The translations under genes were made by a program, and so were the position numbers. 64,000 nucleotides of DNA. It comes from Candidatus Bipolaricaulota bacterium. GTDB taxonomy: Bacteria; Patescibacteriota; Patescibacteriia; UBA11705; DATKZF01. Positions 29,195-39,533 of this stretch are shown one piece after another. The number at the start of each line of letters is the position of its first letter. Position 1 is the first letter of the stretch. The notes beneath the pieces are model-generated. The model saw only the letters and a list, made by a program, of their open reading frames with translations, was not told the origin of the DNA and did no database searches. The stretch is taken from the NCBI GenBank assembly GCA_035528115.1, contig DATKZF010000003.1, positions 227,795 to 291,794 on the forward strand, given 5' to 3'.

Positions 29195-29421
29195 CGGTCT
29201 TCTCCTTTCGACGGTTGACGATACTATATCGTAATGAATAAAAAAATCGCTGTCAAACGACCGGCGATTTTTTTATTATGTGCTACGTGTTACGAATTAC
29301 AATCGACTACTTAGCTTTCAAGCGATTGTTACGAATTACAAGATCCTTAGGCTTAAAGCTGTAAATGAATGTAATTTGTAACAATGCTCCATGATACGTG
29401 ACCCATGATACGTGATACGTG

Positions 29422-32400
29422 TTACACGTCTTCCTTGTCTCTGCCAAACTTCAAGTACAAAATCGGCACCACCATCAAAGTCAACACCATGGAAAAGCTT
29501 AAGCCGAAAACGATCGAGTAGCCCAGAGGCCCCCAAGTGGAATCGGACATGGCCAAAGGCAATATGCCGCAGACCGTGGTGATCGTTGTCAGCAAAATGG
29601 GACGAACTCTGGTCATGCAAGCGTCGGCAATGGCGTCCGGTTTGGACATGCCCACGGCGATATTTGAAGTGATTTTATCAATTAAGAAAATAGCGTTGTT
29701 GACCACGACGCCGGCCAAAGCGACCAAGCCGATCGCGGCCGGGAAACTGAGAGGCATATTCACCAAAAACAATCCGGGCAAAACCCCGATCAAGGCCAAA
29801 GGAATAGTGACCAAAATGAAAGCCACTTTTCTGAAAGATTTGAATTGCAAGACCAGCAAAGAGCCGATCATCACCACGCCGATGACAAAAGCGTACAATA
29901 AATCGGTGAATGACTCCTGAATATCTTCGGTCTCTCCGCCTTGGCTGACAATATAACCTTCTGGGATTACCAGCGCGGCCTGCTTTTCCGTAATCTTGTC
30001 ATAAATATCCTGCACGGACGCGCTTTCCTTAACATCTGAAGTAACGGTCATGATCCTGTCTCCGTCCAAATGAGAAATGGACGGCCTGCTGTAGCCTATG
30101 CCGCTATCGGTGAAACTGCTGATCGGAATGCCTCCGGACAAAGTGGCGATGTCAATCGACTCGATCGCGTTTATATCAAGAGCCTTGTCACCGGCGCCGT
30201 TGGCGTCCAAATCGTATTTAACCACCACATCAATGTCGTCCCCGCCTTCTCGAAGCACCGTGGCGCTCGTGCCGCTGATCGCGTTTCTCAAAGTGGCGGC
30301 GATCTGCATGGTGCTGACGCCGTACAGCTGAGCTTTCAAACGATCGATCGTAATAACGAATTCACCCGGAGATTCTTGAACGGAAGAAGAGACGGCTTTG
30401 GTGCCGGGAATTTCATTCAACATTTTTTCATATTCCTTCGCCAAAGATTCCAACACCTCAAGCTTTGGTCCGATGATTTTTATTTCCACCGGCGCGCCGG
30501 CGGGCGGACCTTCGTCCATCAAGGAAATGGTAATATCGAGTTTGGTAAAAGATTTAAACTTTTCATTATACTCATCGGCTATTTGCGCGCTCGTTTTTTC
30601 CCGTTCTTCCTTCAATTTAACGATAATATAAGCTTGATTGGAAGTGTTTGAATCCACAGAGACAAAACTGCCCGCGCTGGACTGCGAACCGATGACCGTC
30701 AAAAACGATTTCACGCTATTATCCTCGTACAAAATATTCTCAACTCCCAACGCTTGCCGATCGGTAACGGTCAGCGGCGTGCCCGCCGGCATTTTCATAT
30801 CAATGTAAATCAACTCATAATCCGAAATGGGGAACATATTGACTTCGAGCAAACCCGTCACGGGCAAAGCGACCGCGCCGACAAAAGCGATCAACACAAC
30901 AATGATAAACGCGGTTCTTTTCGCTTTGCTTCGCATGTAAGATTCTATTTTATTTTGATACCAACGATAAAACGGGCCGAGCAAACGCTCCCGTAAATTT
31001 CCCAAGGTGATTTTTTTCTGAAATTTACTATTTAAAAAATTTATTTCCGGCACGGGCAATTTATTCTTCATCACTCTGGCGGAAATGGTCGTCAAAAATC
31101 CCAGCGACACCGCGAATGAACCGATTAAAACCACGGTGATGGTGAAAGGAATGCTTTCAATGAATTTGCCGATGATGCCTCCCACGAACATCATGGGCAA
31201 AAAAGCGAAAACCGTGGTCAAGGTGCCCGCGATCAACGGCCACTGAAATTCTTCGATCGTGCGATATACCGCTTCTTTGACCGGCACTCCCCTGTTTCTA
31301 TATTTATTAATGCCTTCGCTCACCACAATGGAGCAATCCACCAACATGCCCAAACCCAAAATCAAGGAGAACAAAGAAAGAAAATTAATGGTGTAGCCGA
31401 ACTGATATAAAAAGATAAAAGTGATTAAAAAAGTCATGGGCACGGCCAAACCCGTTAAAATAGCCTCTTGCCAACCCAAAAATATCAAAAGCAAAACTAT
31501 TATAATAATGATAGTGGAAAGTCCGTTCGCGCTCAATCGACTCAGATCTTCTCTGACATATTGAGCCATGTTTTCCGTGACTTCAAATTCGATTCCTTCG
31601 GGCAAAATATCTCCCTTTACTTGATCCAATATTTCCATCACCTGCCGCTCGATGTTCACGATGTTGCCGCCGCTCACTTTATACACGGATAAAGACACGG
31701 CCGACTGCGACTGACCGCCGTCCAAACTCAATCTGGACACGCTGGCGGCTTCCACATAACCGTCAACGACTTCGGCCAGGTCATTCACGGTGATTACCGT
31801 ATCGCCGATACTGGCGATCGGCACGCGACTGATTTCTTCCACCGAAGACAGTCTGCCCGCGAACCTGACCAAATATTTGGTGTCCGACGTTTCGATCGAG
31901 CCGGCAGGAATATCGCTATTGGCCGAGGCGATCATGGAAGTTACCGACGACAGCGGCAAGCCATAGCCGTCGAGCTTGACTTTGTCGACAATGACCGAGA
32001 TTTCCCGGTCTTGGCCGCCGGATATTTTAACTTTGGATACTCCGCTGATGCTTTCCAATTGCCCTTGGACGCTTTTCGCGTATTCCACCAATTGATTTAT
32101 CGGAAACGGTCCGCTCAAAGAAAATGTCAAAACCGGCGTGTCGCTGAAATTCAATTTGCGGACGGAAGGATCGCTGGCGTCGCTCGGCAATTGCGTTTTA
32201 GCCTCGTCAACCGCTTCTTTGAGCGCCGACACTTTTTGATCCACATCCGCGTCAATATCGAATTGAACGAAAATAAATGATAAACCGCTGCTTGATTCCG
32301 AAGTGACGATATCCAATTCGTCCAAACTTTTTATTTTATCTTCGATCGGATCCGTCACCAATTCTTCCACATCTTCCGGGCTGGCGCCGGGATATGGCGT

Positions 32401-32562
32401 CATAACCAATGCGTAAGGCACTTCCACCTCGGGGCTGGATTCTTGGGGTATTTGCAAAATCGATACGGTGCCTAAAATAATCACTCCGGCAATAATAATA
32501 TAAGTGAATTTATGATTATTCACGAAAAATTTCCAAATTTTTCCGATTTCTTTTTGCTCCAT
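29422..32562 (-). CDS. RND-family efflux transporter permease (AcrB-like)
   Basis: 1046 aa with a 12-TM architecture and two large periplasmic loops. Confidence 0.9.
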   Translation of the reverse strand: MEQKEIGKIWKFFVNNHKFTYIIIAGVIILGTVSILQIPQESSPEVEVPYALVMTPYPGASPEDVEELVTDPIEDKIKSLDELDIVTSESSSGLSFIFVQFDIDADVDQKVSALKEAVDEAKTQLPSDASDPSVRKLNFSDTPVLTFSLSGPFPINQLVEYAKSVQGQLESISGVSKVKISGGQDREISVIVDKVKLDGYGLPLSSVTSMIASANSDIPAGSIETSDTKYLVRFAGRLSSVEEISRVPIASIGDTVITVNDLAEVVDGYVEAASVSRLSLDGGQSQSAVSLSVYKVSGGNIVNIERQVMEILDQVKGDILPEGIEFEVTENMAQYVREDLSRLSANGLSTIIIIIVLLLIFLGWQEAILTGLAVPMTFLITFIFLYQFGYTINFLSLFSLILGLGMLVDCSIVVSEGINKYRNRGVPVKEAVYRTIEEFQWPLIAGTLTTVFAFLPMMFVGGIIGKFIESIPFTITVVLIGSFAVSLGFLTTISARVMKNKLPVPEINFLNSKFQKKITLGNLRERLLGPFYRWYQNKIESYMRSKAKRTAFIIVVLIAFVGAVALPVTGLLEVNMFPISDYELIYIDMKMPAGTPLTVTDRQALGVENILYEDNSVKSFLTVIGSQSSAGSFVSVDSNTSNQAYIIVKLKEEREKTSAQIADEYNEKFKSFTKLDITISLMDEGPPAGAPVEIKIIGPKLEVLESLAKEYEKMLNEIPGTKAVSSSVQESPGEFVITIDRLKAQLYGVSTMQIAATLRNAISGTSATVLREGGDDIDVVVKYDLDANGAGDKALDINAIESIDIATLSGGIPISSFTDSGIGYSRPSISHLDGDRIMTVTSDVKESASVQDIYDKITEKQAALVIPEGYIVSQGGETEDIQESFTDLLYAFVIGVVMIGSLLVLQFKSFRKVAFILVTIPLALIGVLPGLFLVNMPLSFPAAIGLVALAGVVVNNAIFLIDKITSNIAVGMSKPDAIADACMTRVRPILLTTITTVCGILPLAMSDSTWGPLGYSIVFGLSFSMVLTLMVVPILYLKFGRDKEDV

Positions 32563-32563
32563 A

Positions 32564-34426
32564 TTAATTCAACTCGACTTTTTGTCCGTCTTTGATTCCT
32601 CTGGTGGATTCCAATATTTCCATGCCCGAAAAAAGTCCGTCATTCACCTCAATCATCTCTCCGACGACTTTGCCCAAGGCCACGGGCAAGGATTCCACGA
32701 CGCCATCTTGGCCGAACAAATAGACATAAGCCTGGTCGGAGGTTATTTTCACGGCGGCCAGCGGCAAAAAGTAAATATTATTGTGAATCAATTCTTCATT
32801 GATCCTTATTTGAGCTCGAGCGTATTGCCCGATCTTGACCGGCAGATTATCGCCGACCATGGCGATAATCGTTTCTATCTTTTTGGTTTGAGGATTCACT
32901 CTCGGCGAAATTTTGGCCACCGAACCTTCAATGCCGTCTTCGATCCTGGCAGCGGAACCCACGCCGATCATATTTATTTCTTTTTCATTCAAATAAACTT
33001 TCAATTGCAACCCTCCGGGATTCACCAAGGAAACAACCATTTGACCGAATGACACCAAATCACCCGTTGTTATTTTGACCTCGGAAATAATTCCGTCAAA
33101 AGGCGCTCTGATAAAAGCTTTGTTTTTATTATTTTGAATCAGGCCGACGGACGCTTTCGCTTCTTTGACCGAAGCAAGAAGTCCGGCCAAATCAACGTCT
33201 CGTGGACCGGCCACGGTCAAATTATAAGCGGCCTCGGCCTGAGCGAGAGAAGCTTCTTGCACCGCCACGGAAGCATCGGCGGACTTGAGATCATTTTTCG
33301 CTTGTTCTTTGGCGTCCGCCAAATCCTTGATCGCTTTCTGATAAGCGATTTGCGCGGCCGTGTCAGCGACCTTGGCGTTATCGACGCCGGCCGCGGCGCC
33401 GGACAAAGCCGAAGCGGCGCCCGAGACCGAAGCTCGCGCGGCGCCTATGCCGGCCTTAAAACCGTCGAGCATGGTCGGGGTCAAGTGACCCACGGCCGAA
33501 GTGGCGTTAAGCATGGCGGTCATGTCAGCCAAATGATCGGTCATGGTCTCCACAGCCGAGACGGCGTAAGTCGCCACGGAATCAATGTCATCATGATTGC
33601 TCGTATAGCTCAAATAGGAAACCATTTCCGCGACTTCCACCTTGGCTTTTTTGGCTTCATTATAACTGTCGATGGCCGCGTACCAGGCGACTTGGCTTTT
33701 TTGGCTCAAATCCGCCTCGAACACATCATTGATAATGGTGTTATCAATACCCATGATATTGTCGGAAGCGGTCAGCGCCGAAGCCAAAGTGGAAACCGTC
33801 GAATCCAAAACATTAACCAAATTTTTATAAGCGTTATCTATTATCTCGCTGTTATCTTGATCCGCGGCTTTTTGCAAATTATTTTCGGCTATTTTCAAAG
33901 CGGTCTCGACGGCCGAGACTCTTTGCTCGGACATCAATTTCGATTGCTCCCGCCCAACTTTCGTTTGCTCCAAAATGGCGGTCGCCTGAGCCACGGCGGC
34001 CGCGGCTCGCGCGATTTCTTGATCCGTAGCTCCGGCGACTCTTTGATCAACGCCGCTTTCCAATCTTTCAATGGTCGCGGCGGCCTGAGCCAACTGAGCG
34101 TCAATGTCCGCGTGATTCAATTCAACCAAAACATCGCCCGCATGGACTTCCTGTCCGATTGCGGCGTTTACCTTTACCGCTTTCGAAGACAATTCGCTTT
34201 TTATATCTATCTGTTCCAAGGATTCGACCACGCCCGTGGCCTCGATTTGCGCGTTCTTTTTCTGAAAATCGTCGACATTGAGCAATGAGACCTTTCTCAC
34301 CGTCTCTATTTCAATAACTTCTTCAGTATTCAATTCCTGATATATTCGAAAACCGAAAACGCCGATAACGGCCAAAATGATAATATAAATGATGAATTTG
34401 GCGAAATATGATTTTTTCTCTGGCAT
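32564..34426 (-). CDS. Efflux RND periplasmic adaptor (HlyD/MFP family) with a long Ala-rich coiled coil
   Basis: 620 aa. It has an N-terminal TM anchor, a long coiled-coil, and a C-terminal beta-barrel/lipoyl-like region. It is adjacent and co-directional with the RND pump. Confidence 0.8.
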   Translation of the reverse strand: MPEKKSYFAKFIIYIIILAVIGVFGFRIYQELNTEEVIEIETVRKVSLLNVDDFQKKNAQIEATGVVESLEQIDIKSELSSKAVKVNAAIGQEVHAGDVLVELNHADIDAQLAQAAATIERLESGVDQRVAGATDQEIARAAAAVAQATAILEQTKVGREQSKLMSEQRVSAVETALKIAENNLQKAADQDNSEIIDNAYKNLVNVLDSTVSTLASALTASDNIMGIDNTIINDVFEADLSQKSQVAWYAAIDSYNEAKKAKVEVAEMVSYLSYTSNHDDIDSVATYAVSAVETMTDHLADMTAMLNATSAVGHLTPTMLDGFKAGIGAARASVSGAASALSGAAAGVDNAKVADTAAQIAYQKAIKDLADAKEQAKNDLKSADASVAVQEASLAQAEAAYNLTVAGPRDVDLAGLLASVKEAKASVGLIQNNKNKAFIRAPFDGIISEVKITTGDLVSFGQMVVSLVNPGGLQLKVYLNEKEINMIGVGSAARIEDGIEGSVAKISPRVNPQTKKIETIIAMVGDNLPVKIGQYARAQIRINEELIHNNIYFLPLAAVKITSDQAYVYLFGQDGVVESLPVALGKVVGEMIEVNDGLFSGMEILESTRGIKDGQKVELN

Positions 34427-34561
34427 AATTGAAATTATTGTCTTTTAATATTTTAGAAACCTATCAATGAAAAATTATCTTAACATAAATCAAAAATTTG
34501 TCAAAAAAACAAAAAAAGCCCCTTAGGATTTTTTTTGTTTATCGCGCTACTTAATTTTTAT

Positions 34562-35128
34562 TTAAAATATGAGCACGGCCGCGGCCACCACCGTGGTCCA
34601 TAAACCGTCTTTGTGGCCTTCGGCCGACTGCGTGATATTCGAGGTTCTGATTATCTTGCCCGATGATTTATATACTTGCTCCCGCTCATCCCACGCCGCG
34701 GAGGAATCAAACTCCAAACCGACTATCGTGGCCAGCATGGTGGCGGCCAAATCCTCGGCATAATCTCCGGCTCGCTCGGCCGTCTCGCCGAAAGAATGAT
34801 GTTCTGACAAATAACCGTGTTGATTATGATCCTGTGGCAAAGCCAAACCGATGGAAGCGCACATCAAACGATTGGGCTCGCATGCGGCTTGTCTGGCCAT
34901 GACGACAAAAACTATTTGTCCCGGTTTTAAAAATTTTTTTCCTTCATCTCGAGAAATACGTTTGCAATCGGGAGGAAAAATGGAGCTGACGGTCACCAAA
35001 TTATATTCCGCTATGCCGGCGTCGCGCAAAGACATTTCAAATGACTGCAAATAATCTTTGTGCCGGCCGACACCCTTGGTTAAAAACATTTTAGTGGGAA
35101 CGAACATTGAACCGGTTTCATTTTCCAT
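34562..35128 (-). CDS. pdaD: Pyruvoyl-dependent arginine decarboxylase (PdaD-like)
   Basis: 188 aa. The '[10 protein letters not shown]' self-cleavage Ser-Ser site and overall similarity fit PvlArgDC. Confidence 0.65.
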   Translation of the reverse strand: MENETGSMFVPTKMFLTKGVGRHKDYLQSFEMSLRDAGIAEYNLVTVSSIFPPDCKRISRDEGKKFLKPGQIVFVVMARQAACEPNRLMCASIGLALPQDHNQHGYLSEHHSFGETAERAGDYAEDLAATMLATIVGLEFDSSAAWDEREQVYKSSGKIIRTSNITQSAEGHKDGLWTTVVAAAVLIF

Positions 35129-35244
35129 AGGACGCGAAAATATTATTTTTTATTTTAGGATAATTAGAATATAGCAATTTATAAAAAATCTGTAAACAAA
35201 AAAATGGGCAAGGACCATGAACGGAAAAATTATTCATTAACCGA

Positions 35245-35595
35245 CTATCTTTTTAACATAGCGCCAATAAGACCAGAAAGCATTTTAGCAATGCCCTCCA
35301 AATCATCGTACGCTTTCCCAAACATATCATCATCAAGCAATCTTTCGATCTTCATTATTCTCATGATGGCCACGCATTCATTAACCGACCCTTTGGCCAC
35401 AACGTAAAAATTTTTCTTGTCGTTTTTGCTGTATTTACCGGCTCCTTCCGCAATATTTAACACAATGCTTATTGAAGCTCTTTTTAGTTGATCTTTAAGA
35501 TTTTTGTCTATCTTGGGATCGGAAAGAATTTTCAAAACTTTGACATAATAGAATTCCGCTTTCTGATAAACGGGAAATTGCTCAAAATCAAACAT
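35245..35595 (-). CDS. Four-helix-bundle protein (TIGR02436 / 23S rRNA-intervening-sequence protein family)
   Basis: 116 aa. 'IVLNIAEGAGKYSKNDKKNFYVVAKGSVNEC' is the family signature. Confidence 0.7.
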   Translation of the reverse strand: MFDFEQFPVYQKAEFYYVKVLKILSDPKIDKNLKDQLKRASISIVLNIAEGAGKYSKNDKKNFYVVAKGSVNECVAIMRIMKIERLLDDDMFGKAYDDLEGIAKMLSGLIGAMLKR

Positions 35596-35712
35596 ACTTT
35601 TAAAAATTTGCTTGCCTTAATTCTTCTCCTTAATCTTAATTCTCAATTCTATTATTAAACAACTTAAAGATTAGAATTAAGGATAAGGATGAGATTAAGA
35701 ATTAAGGTGCGG

Positions 35713-35788
35713 TGGTCGGGCTGGGGAGACTCGAACTCCCGGCCTCATCGTCCCGAACGATGCGCGCTACCAACTGCGCTACAGCCCG
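35713..35788 (-). tRNA. tRNA-Pro (anticodon CGG), CCA encoded
   Basis: The reverse complement 'CGGGCTGTAGCGCAGTTGGTAGCGCGCATCGTTCGGGACGATGAGGCCGGGAGTTCGAGTCTCCCCAGCCCGACCA'. Acceptor pairs CGGGCTG with CAGCCCG. Anticodon loop is TTCGGGA. Confidence 0.85.
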
Positions 35789-35820
35789 CGAAATAAAAAT
35801 TGAAAATCAGGGATCCAGCA

Positions 35821-36711
35821 TCAATAAAAGTAAAAAATCTGATGACTGGTCGTCGGCTCATCCGGTTTACCCAGCAGTTTCCCGGAATTAGTATGAAATA
35901 TACGCTCTGATCCGTCGATGCCCATGAACTTTAGATAGCTTAACATAAAATAAACAGCTGGTCGAGAGTCTAATTCCAAACTGTAAATTTTATCGAAATC
36001 ATAACTTAAAATCGCCTTATTGCTTAATTCATCAGCAATATCCGCCTGGTCAGCCTGCTTATCGTGAGAAAAATCAATACTGGCTAAAATCAAGGTTTTT
36101 TCCGGATCGACTGACCGCACAATGACCTTGGCCAATAATTCTGCTTCCAGCGAAGTTACAGTATCTTTGATAATGATCGGCATTATTTTCGCGTCCGGAA
36201 AACTTTTTTTAATAAAAGGCACAAGCCCGGTAATCCCATGCTCATTTTCAAATGGCGCTTCTTCAATTTTTACCTCAGTATTATCTATAATTGCTTTGAT
36301 CAAATCCTGATCCGGCAAAAGAACGCCATAAGGCGTGTTCCAGGCGGCAGTCGAGGTTATTCTCCGGGCATAGCCGGCATTATAATGGTTAGGTCCGATT
36401 AAAATAATCGTTTCATAGTCAAAATCTTCGATGCCCAAAAAAAAAGCGGCGATTTTATCTTTGACAATCAAATGATGCGGAACAATACCGGCGTAAACGC
36501 GGCTTGGCGGCCGATTGACTTGACCCGCGGCCTGCTCATATGCCTGGTCGTAAAAATTTCTGTCATTGATAAAAGAATAATGCATCGCGTCATACTCGAC
36601 AATCGAATCGGCTTCCCGGTTATTGCTTATGAAAATTAAAAGCAATCCTGCCTGTAGAGACACAAGCAGGATTACCGCGACAAGAATTATGTTGAAGACA
36701 TTTGATTTCAT
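35821..36711 (-). CDS. AmmeMemoRadiSam system protein B (MEMO1-like)
   Basis: 296 aa. 'ILIGPNH' and 'ASIDFSHD' match Memo family motifs. It has an N-terminal TM/signal region. Confidence 0.7.
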   Translation of the reverse strand: MKSNVFNIILVAVILLVSLQAGLLLIFISNNREADSIVEYDAMHYSFINDRNFYDQAYEQAAGQVNRPPSRVYAGIVPHHLIVKDKIAAFFLGIEDFDYETIILIGPNHYNAGYARRITSTAAWNTPYGVLLPDQDLIKAIIDNTEVKIEEAPFENEHGITGLVPFIKKSFPDAKIMPIIIKDTVTSLEAELLAKVIVRSVDPEKTLILASIDFSHDKQADQADIADELSNKAILSYDFDKIYSLELDSRPAVYFMLSYLKFMGIDGSERIFHTNSGKLLGKPDEPTTSHQIFYFY

Positions 36712-38541
36712 TTATTTGTGCAATGCTCCGCCCCACTCAACCACCGTAAAGCCTCTTCTCTCCGGAGTGACAATCTTTTGCGCTTCGACTTTTACGGGAT
36801 AATCCAATCCTTCGTAATCCATGAACACTCTGATGACCGTGTCCGGTCTCGGGCTGACAGTCAGCGGAGCCAATTTATCAAATTGAGACTGGGGCACAAA
36901 GGTCACGAAATAATAATTTTTATCCTGCATTCGAGGCAGCCAGAATTCAATAAATTCATCCGATTCATTCTCATTCAAACCGAGCAATGCCAGTTTTTCC
37001 CACAAAAATTTCTCAACATCGTTTTTAGCCACGACAAATCCTTGATTCGGCCTTTGATAAAACATTCCTTTGCCTTCCCAAAATAGATATGGATAATAAG
37101 TTTTATCAGCGTAATTGAATAATTTGCCTTCCGGCGTGGCGTTTACCTGCCAGCCGCCGTTGTAATCCGGTTCGGTGATGGAAAATCCGCCATTGGGATC
37201 GACTTTCACTGACACATCCATTTGCTTTTCAGGATAGAGGTAAATCACCGGCTTGCCACATTCAACCGCGGGGATAAACATCAGATTGCGGAATTCAACG
37301 AAACCTCCGAACGGATCTTTCCAGAAAATGGCCGGGTGCTCTTTGGTAAAAGTTTCATACGGAGTTTTATCCAGCTGAGTTTTATTGACTTCATCGTAGC
37401 CGGGATAATAATCATCATATATCTGCCGTATGTACGACACGCCGTCAGTCAGCAAAGCTCCATCTTTCAATTCATATATATCATATTTCCCTGAAAGCAC
37501 GCCTGACTTGACCAGATCCTTTTCAGTCGCGCCGGCAGCATAGTGATAGCATCTGCCCACGCCGCAGCCGCCGATTGTGCCTTTGAAAAATTCATATTTA
37601 TTATAGGCGCCGCTGGACCAGGCAATCGGGAGCTGAGTAGACAGCACGCCAAGCGTTTCTCCTCCAAGTATGTCAAATTCATATTCTCTGACAGTGCCGT
37701 CTTTGGCGACCGCGTAATAGCAAATTTCCGTCCCCATTTTGCCCATATCATATTTATAAATAAATTCTCCCCGGGCGAATTCGAAAAGCTTGGTTAAATC
37801 TTTTTCCTCGAGATTTTGAAATAGCAGAAACTTCTCTCCGGCCGCTTTGATTAAATTTATAGAGGAGTTAGGGATTCCGATTTTTCCCGGCGTTTCCAGA
37901 TTGCGAATTGAAATAGTCTCATTCACTGAATAAACAGAAGTATATATTCCATAAATTTCAGCTGAATGCTTGGATAAGACCACATATTGATCGCCGTTTT
38001 TGATCACTCGGAGAAAGCCGGTCGGACCCATTTCCTGCATGGGTATTATCAAATACAGCTCTTTATCTTTATATACGCCGCTGGCGATCTTTCCGATTTT
38101 GTAATATTCGGAATTATCAATCGAGTCTTTGGCATATTCTTTTCCGTAGGATGATATGATATCCTTGTTTTTTGAAAAACTGGCGATAACCGCATTATAA
38201 TTGTCTCCAAAAAATCCCGACGCGCCGACATCCTTGAGTTTTGCTATGTCATACCACTGCACGTCCACTTGCTCACTCGTCGTCAATCCGTCAGTGGTGA
38301 TTTCGTCCGCTGTCGAATTTGCGCTTTGTCCATCAGTCGTTTCAATTTCCGATGTCGCTACTCCCTTCTGCTCGAGAGCGGCCAACTTCTGTGTCTCAGA
38401 CACGGATTCAAACGCTCCTTTTTTGATCAATAAAAAGTAAACTGTAATGCCGTTGGTAATAATCAGCAAAGACAGTGCGATAATTAGAACGCACAGCAAC
38501 ACTTTGCTGTTTTTTCCGGAAGATTGATCTGATATTTGCAT
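36712..38541 (-). CDS. Hypothetical N-terminally anchored extracellular protein
   Basis: 609 aa, a single N-terminal TM helix, no recognisable family. Translationally coupled to the Memo-like gene (stop and start adjacent). Confidence 0.5.
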   Translation of the reverse strand: MQISDQSSGKNSKVLLCVLIIALSLLIITNGITVYFLLIKKGAFESVSETQKLAALEQKGVATSEIETTDGQSANSTADEITTDGLTTSEQVDVQWYDIAKLKDVGASGFFGDNYNAVIASFSKNKDIISSYGKEYAKDSIDNSEYYKIGKIASGVYKDKELYLIIPMQEMGPTGFLRVIKNGDQYVVLSKHSAEIYGIYTSVYSVNETISIRNLETPGKIGIPNSSINLIKAAGEKFLLFQNLEEKDLTKLFEFARGEFIYKYDMGKMGTEICYYAVAKDGTVREYEFDILGGETLGVLSTQLPIAWSSGAYNKYEFFKGTIGGCGVGRCYHYAAGATEKDLVKSGVLSGKYDIYELKDGALLTDGVSYIRQIYDDYYPGYDEVNKTQLDKTPYETFTKEHPAIFWKDPFGGFVEFRNLMFIPAVECGKPVIYLYPEKQMDVSVKVDPNGGFSITEPDYNGGWQVNATPEGKLFNYADKTYYPYLFWEGKGMFYQRPNQGFVVAKNDVEKFLWEKLALLGLNENESDEFIEFWLPRMQDKNYYFVTFVPQSQFDKLAPLTVSPRPDTVIRVFMDYEGLDYPVKVEAQKIVTPERRGFTVVEWGGALHK

Positions 38542-38871
38542 AAATACTCCAATTATTTTTAATTTTGTTAAATTATTTAATATTTAATTTTTAAAAACTC
38601 CACCTTCAACTGGCAAAATTCCGGCTAAACGCCAAGTGGGTGACCGCAATCTCGCTCCACGGAGCGAGACGATATGAGTCTCCCTAGAAATAAGTTTGTC
38701 CCGAAATTTAACCAGCCTCATGGTGAAGCTGTTATTATTTTAACATTTTTAAGAAATATTGTAAAAATTCGAACGAATATTGATTTTTTGCCTTAATTTC
38801 ACTATAATTAATAATAAATTTATGAGATTTCAACTCAAATCAAAATTCAGCCGCTCGACCGCGTCCAAACA

Positions 38872-38899
38872 AAAAACGGAAAGTTTTTCCGTTTTTTTA
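38872..38899 (-). terminator. Rho-independent terminator after ndk
   Basis: Minus-strand 'aaaacggaaaaactttccgttttttg'. Confidence 0.6.
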
Positions 38900-38907
38900 T
38901 TGACCCG

Positions 38908-39486
38908 TTATTTTTCCACTGTCCGATAAATCAACGCCTCGTCAACTCTTTGCCAATCATGCAATTCTTCATCTTTAAACCAAACTTTTATTTCTCTGTC
39001 CGCTTCGTCAACCGCGCCCGAAGCGTGAATCAGGTTTTGGATCGGCCGACCGGACTTGTCGGACAAAACATATGAGTCAACGGAATAGTCTCCCCGAATC
39101 GTGCCCGGTTCCGCATCCTGCGGACTGGTCGCGCCCACCAATTTTCTGATTTTAGCCACTGCGTTATGACCTTCAACGCAAATCGCCACGATCGGCGACA
39201 TGGTTAAGTATGAAATCAATTGATTGCGCACGCGCCGGCCGATTTCCATGGCCGTCTCGGTCATTTTATCGCCCCGGCTCTCAGCGGCTTTCAAAGCTTT
39301 TTCCCCCACGCTTAGCATCCAAGCTTCATCGTTGGCATAATGCTCCCCGGCCAGATCTTCGGTGGCGCGAACCACTTTCAAGCCGATTATTTTCAAACCG
39401 CTGCGTTCGAAACGGCTGATGATTTCTCCGACCAAAGCTCTCTGAACTCCATCCGGCTTGATCAGGACCAATGATTTTTCAGTCAT
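38908..39486 (-). CDS. ndk: Nucleoside diphosphate kinase (long form with an insertion)
   Basis: 192 aa. 'NLIHASG' is the active-site His motif. Start 'LVLIKPDGVQR'. Confidence 0.85.
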   Translation of the reverse strand: MTEKSLVLIKPDGVQRALVGEIISRFERSGLKIIGLKVVRATEDLAGEHYANDEAWMLSVGEKALKAAESRGDKMTETAMEIGRRVRNQLISYLTMSPIVAICVEGHNAVAKIRKLVGATSPQDAEPGTIRGDYSVDSYVLSDKSGRPIQNLIHASGAVDEADREIKVWFKDEELHDWQRVDEALIYRTVEK

Positions 39487-39533
39487 ACAAATTAAATTTA
39501 ATTGATAAAGTTATTGCCATTTTAGCAAATTAA

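Noticed and set aside
33134-34288. 384-aa plus-strand ORF antisense to the RND adaptor gene. Similar long antisense ORFs are 28448-29188 +, 30070-30651 +, 23935-24600 + and 25559-25903 -.
   Set aside because: These are GC-rich antisense artefacts (Arg/Gly/Ser-rich, no motifs). The sense-strand genes have clear family signatures.
35596-35712. 'aattaagg' low-complexity repeats downstream of tRNA-Pro, considered as a possible CRISPR-like or satellite array
   Set aside because: The copies are irregular, short and AT-rich, with no spacer/repeat periodicity. There is no cas gene. It is most likely a simple AT-rich terminator/promoter region.
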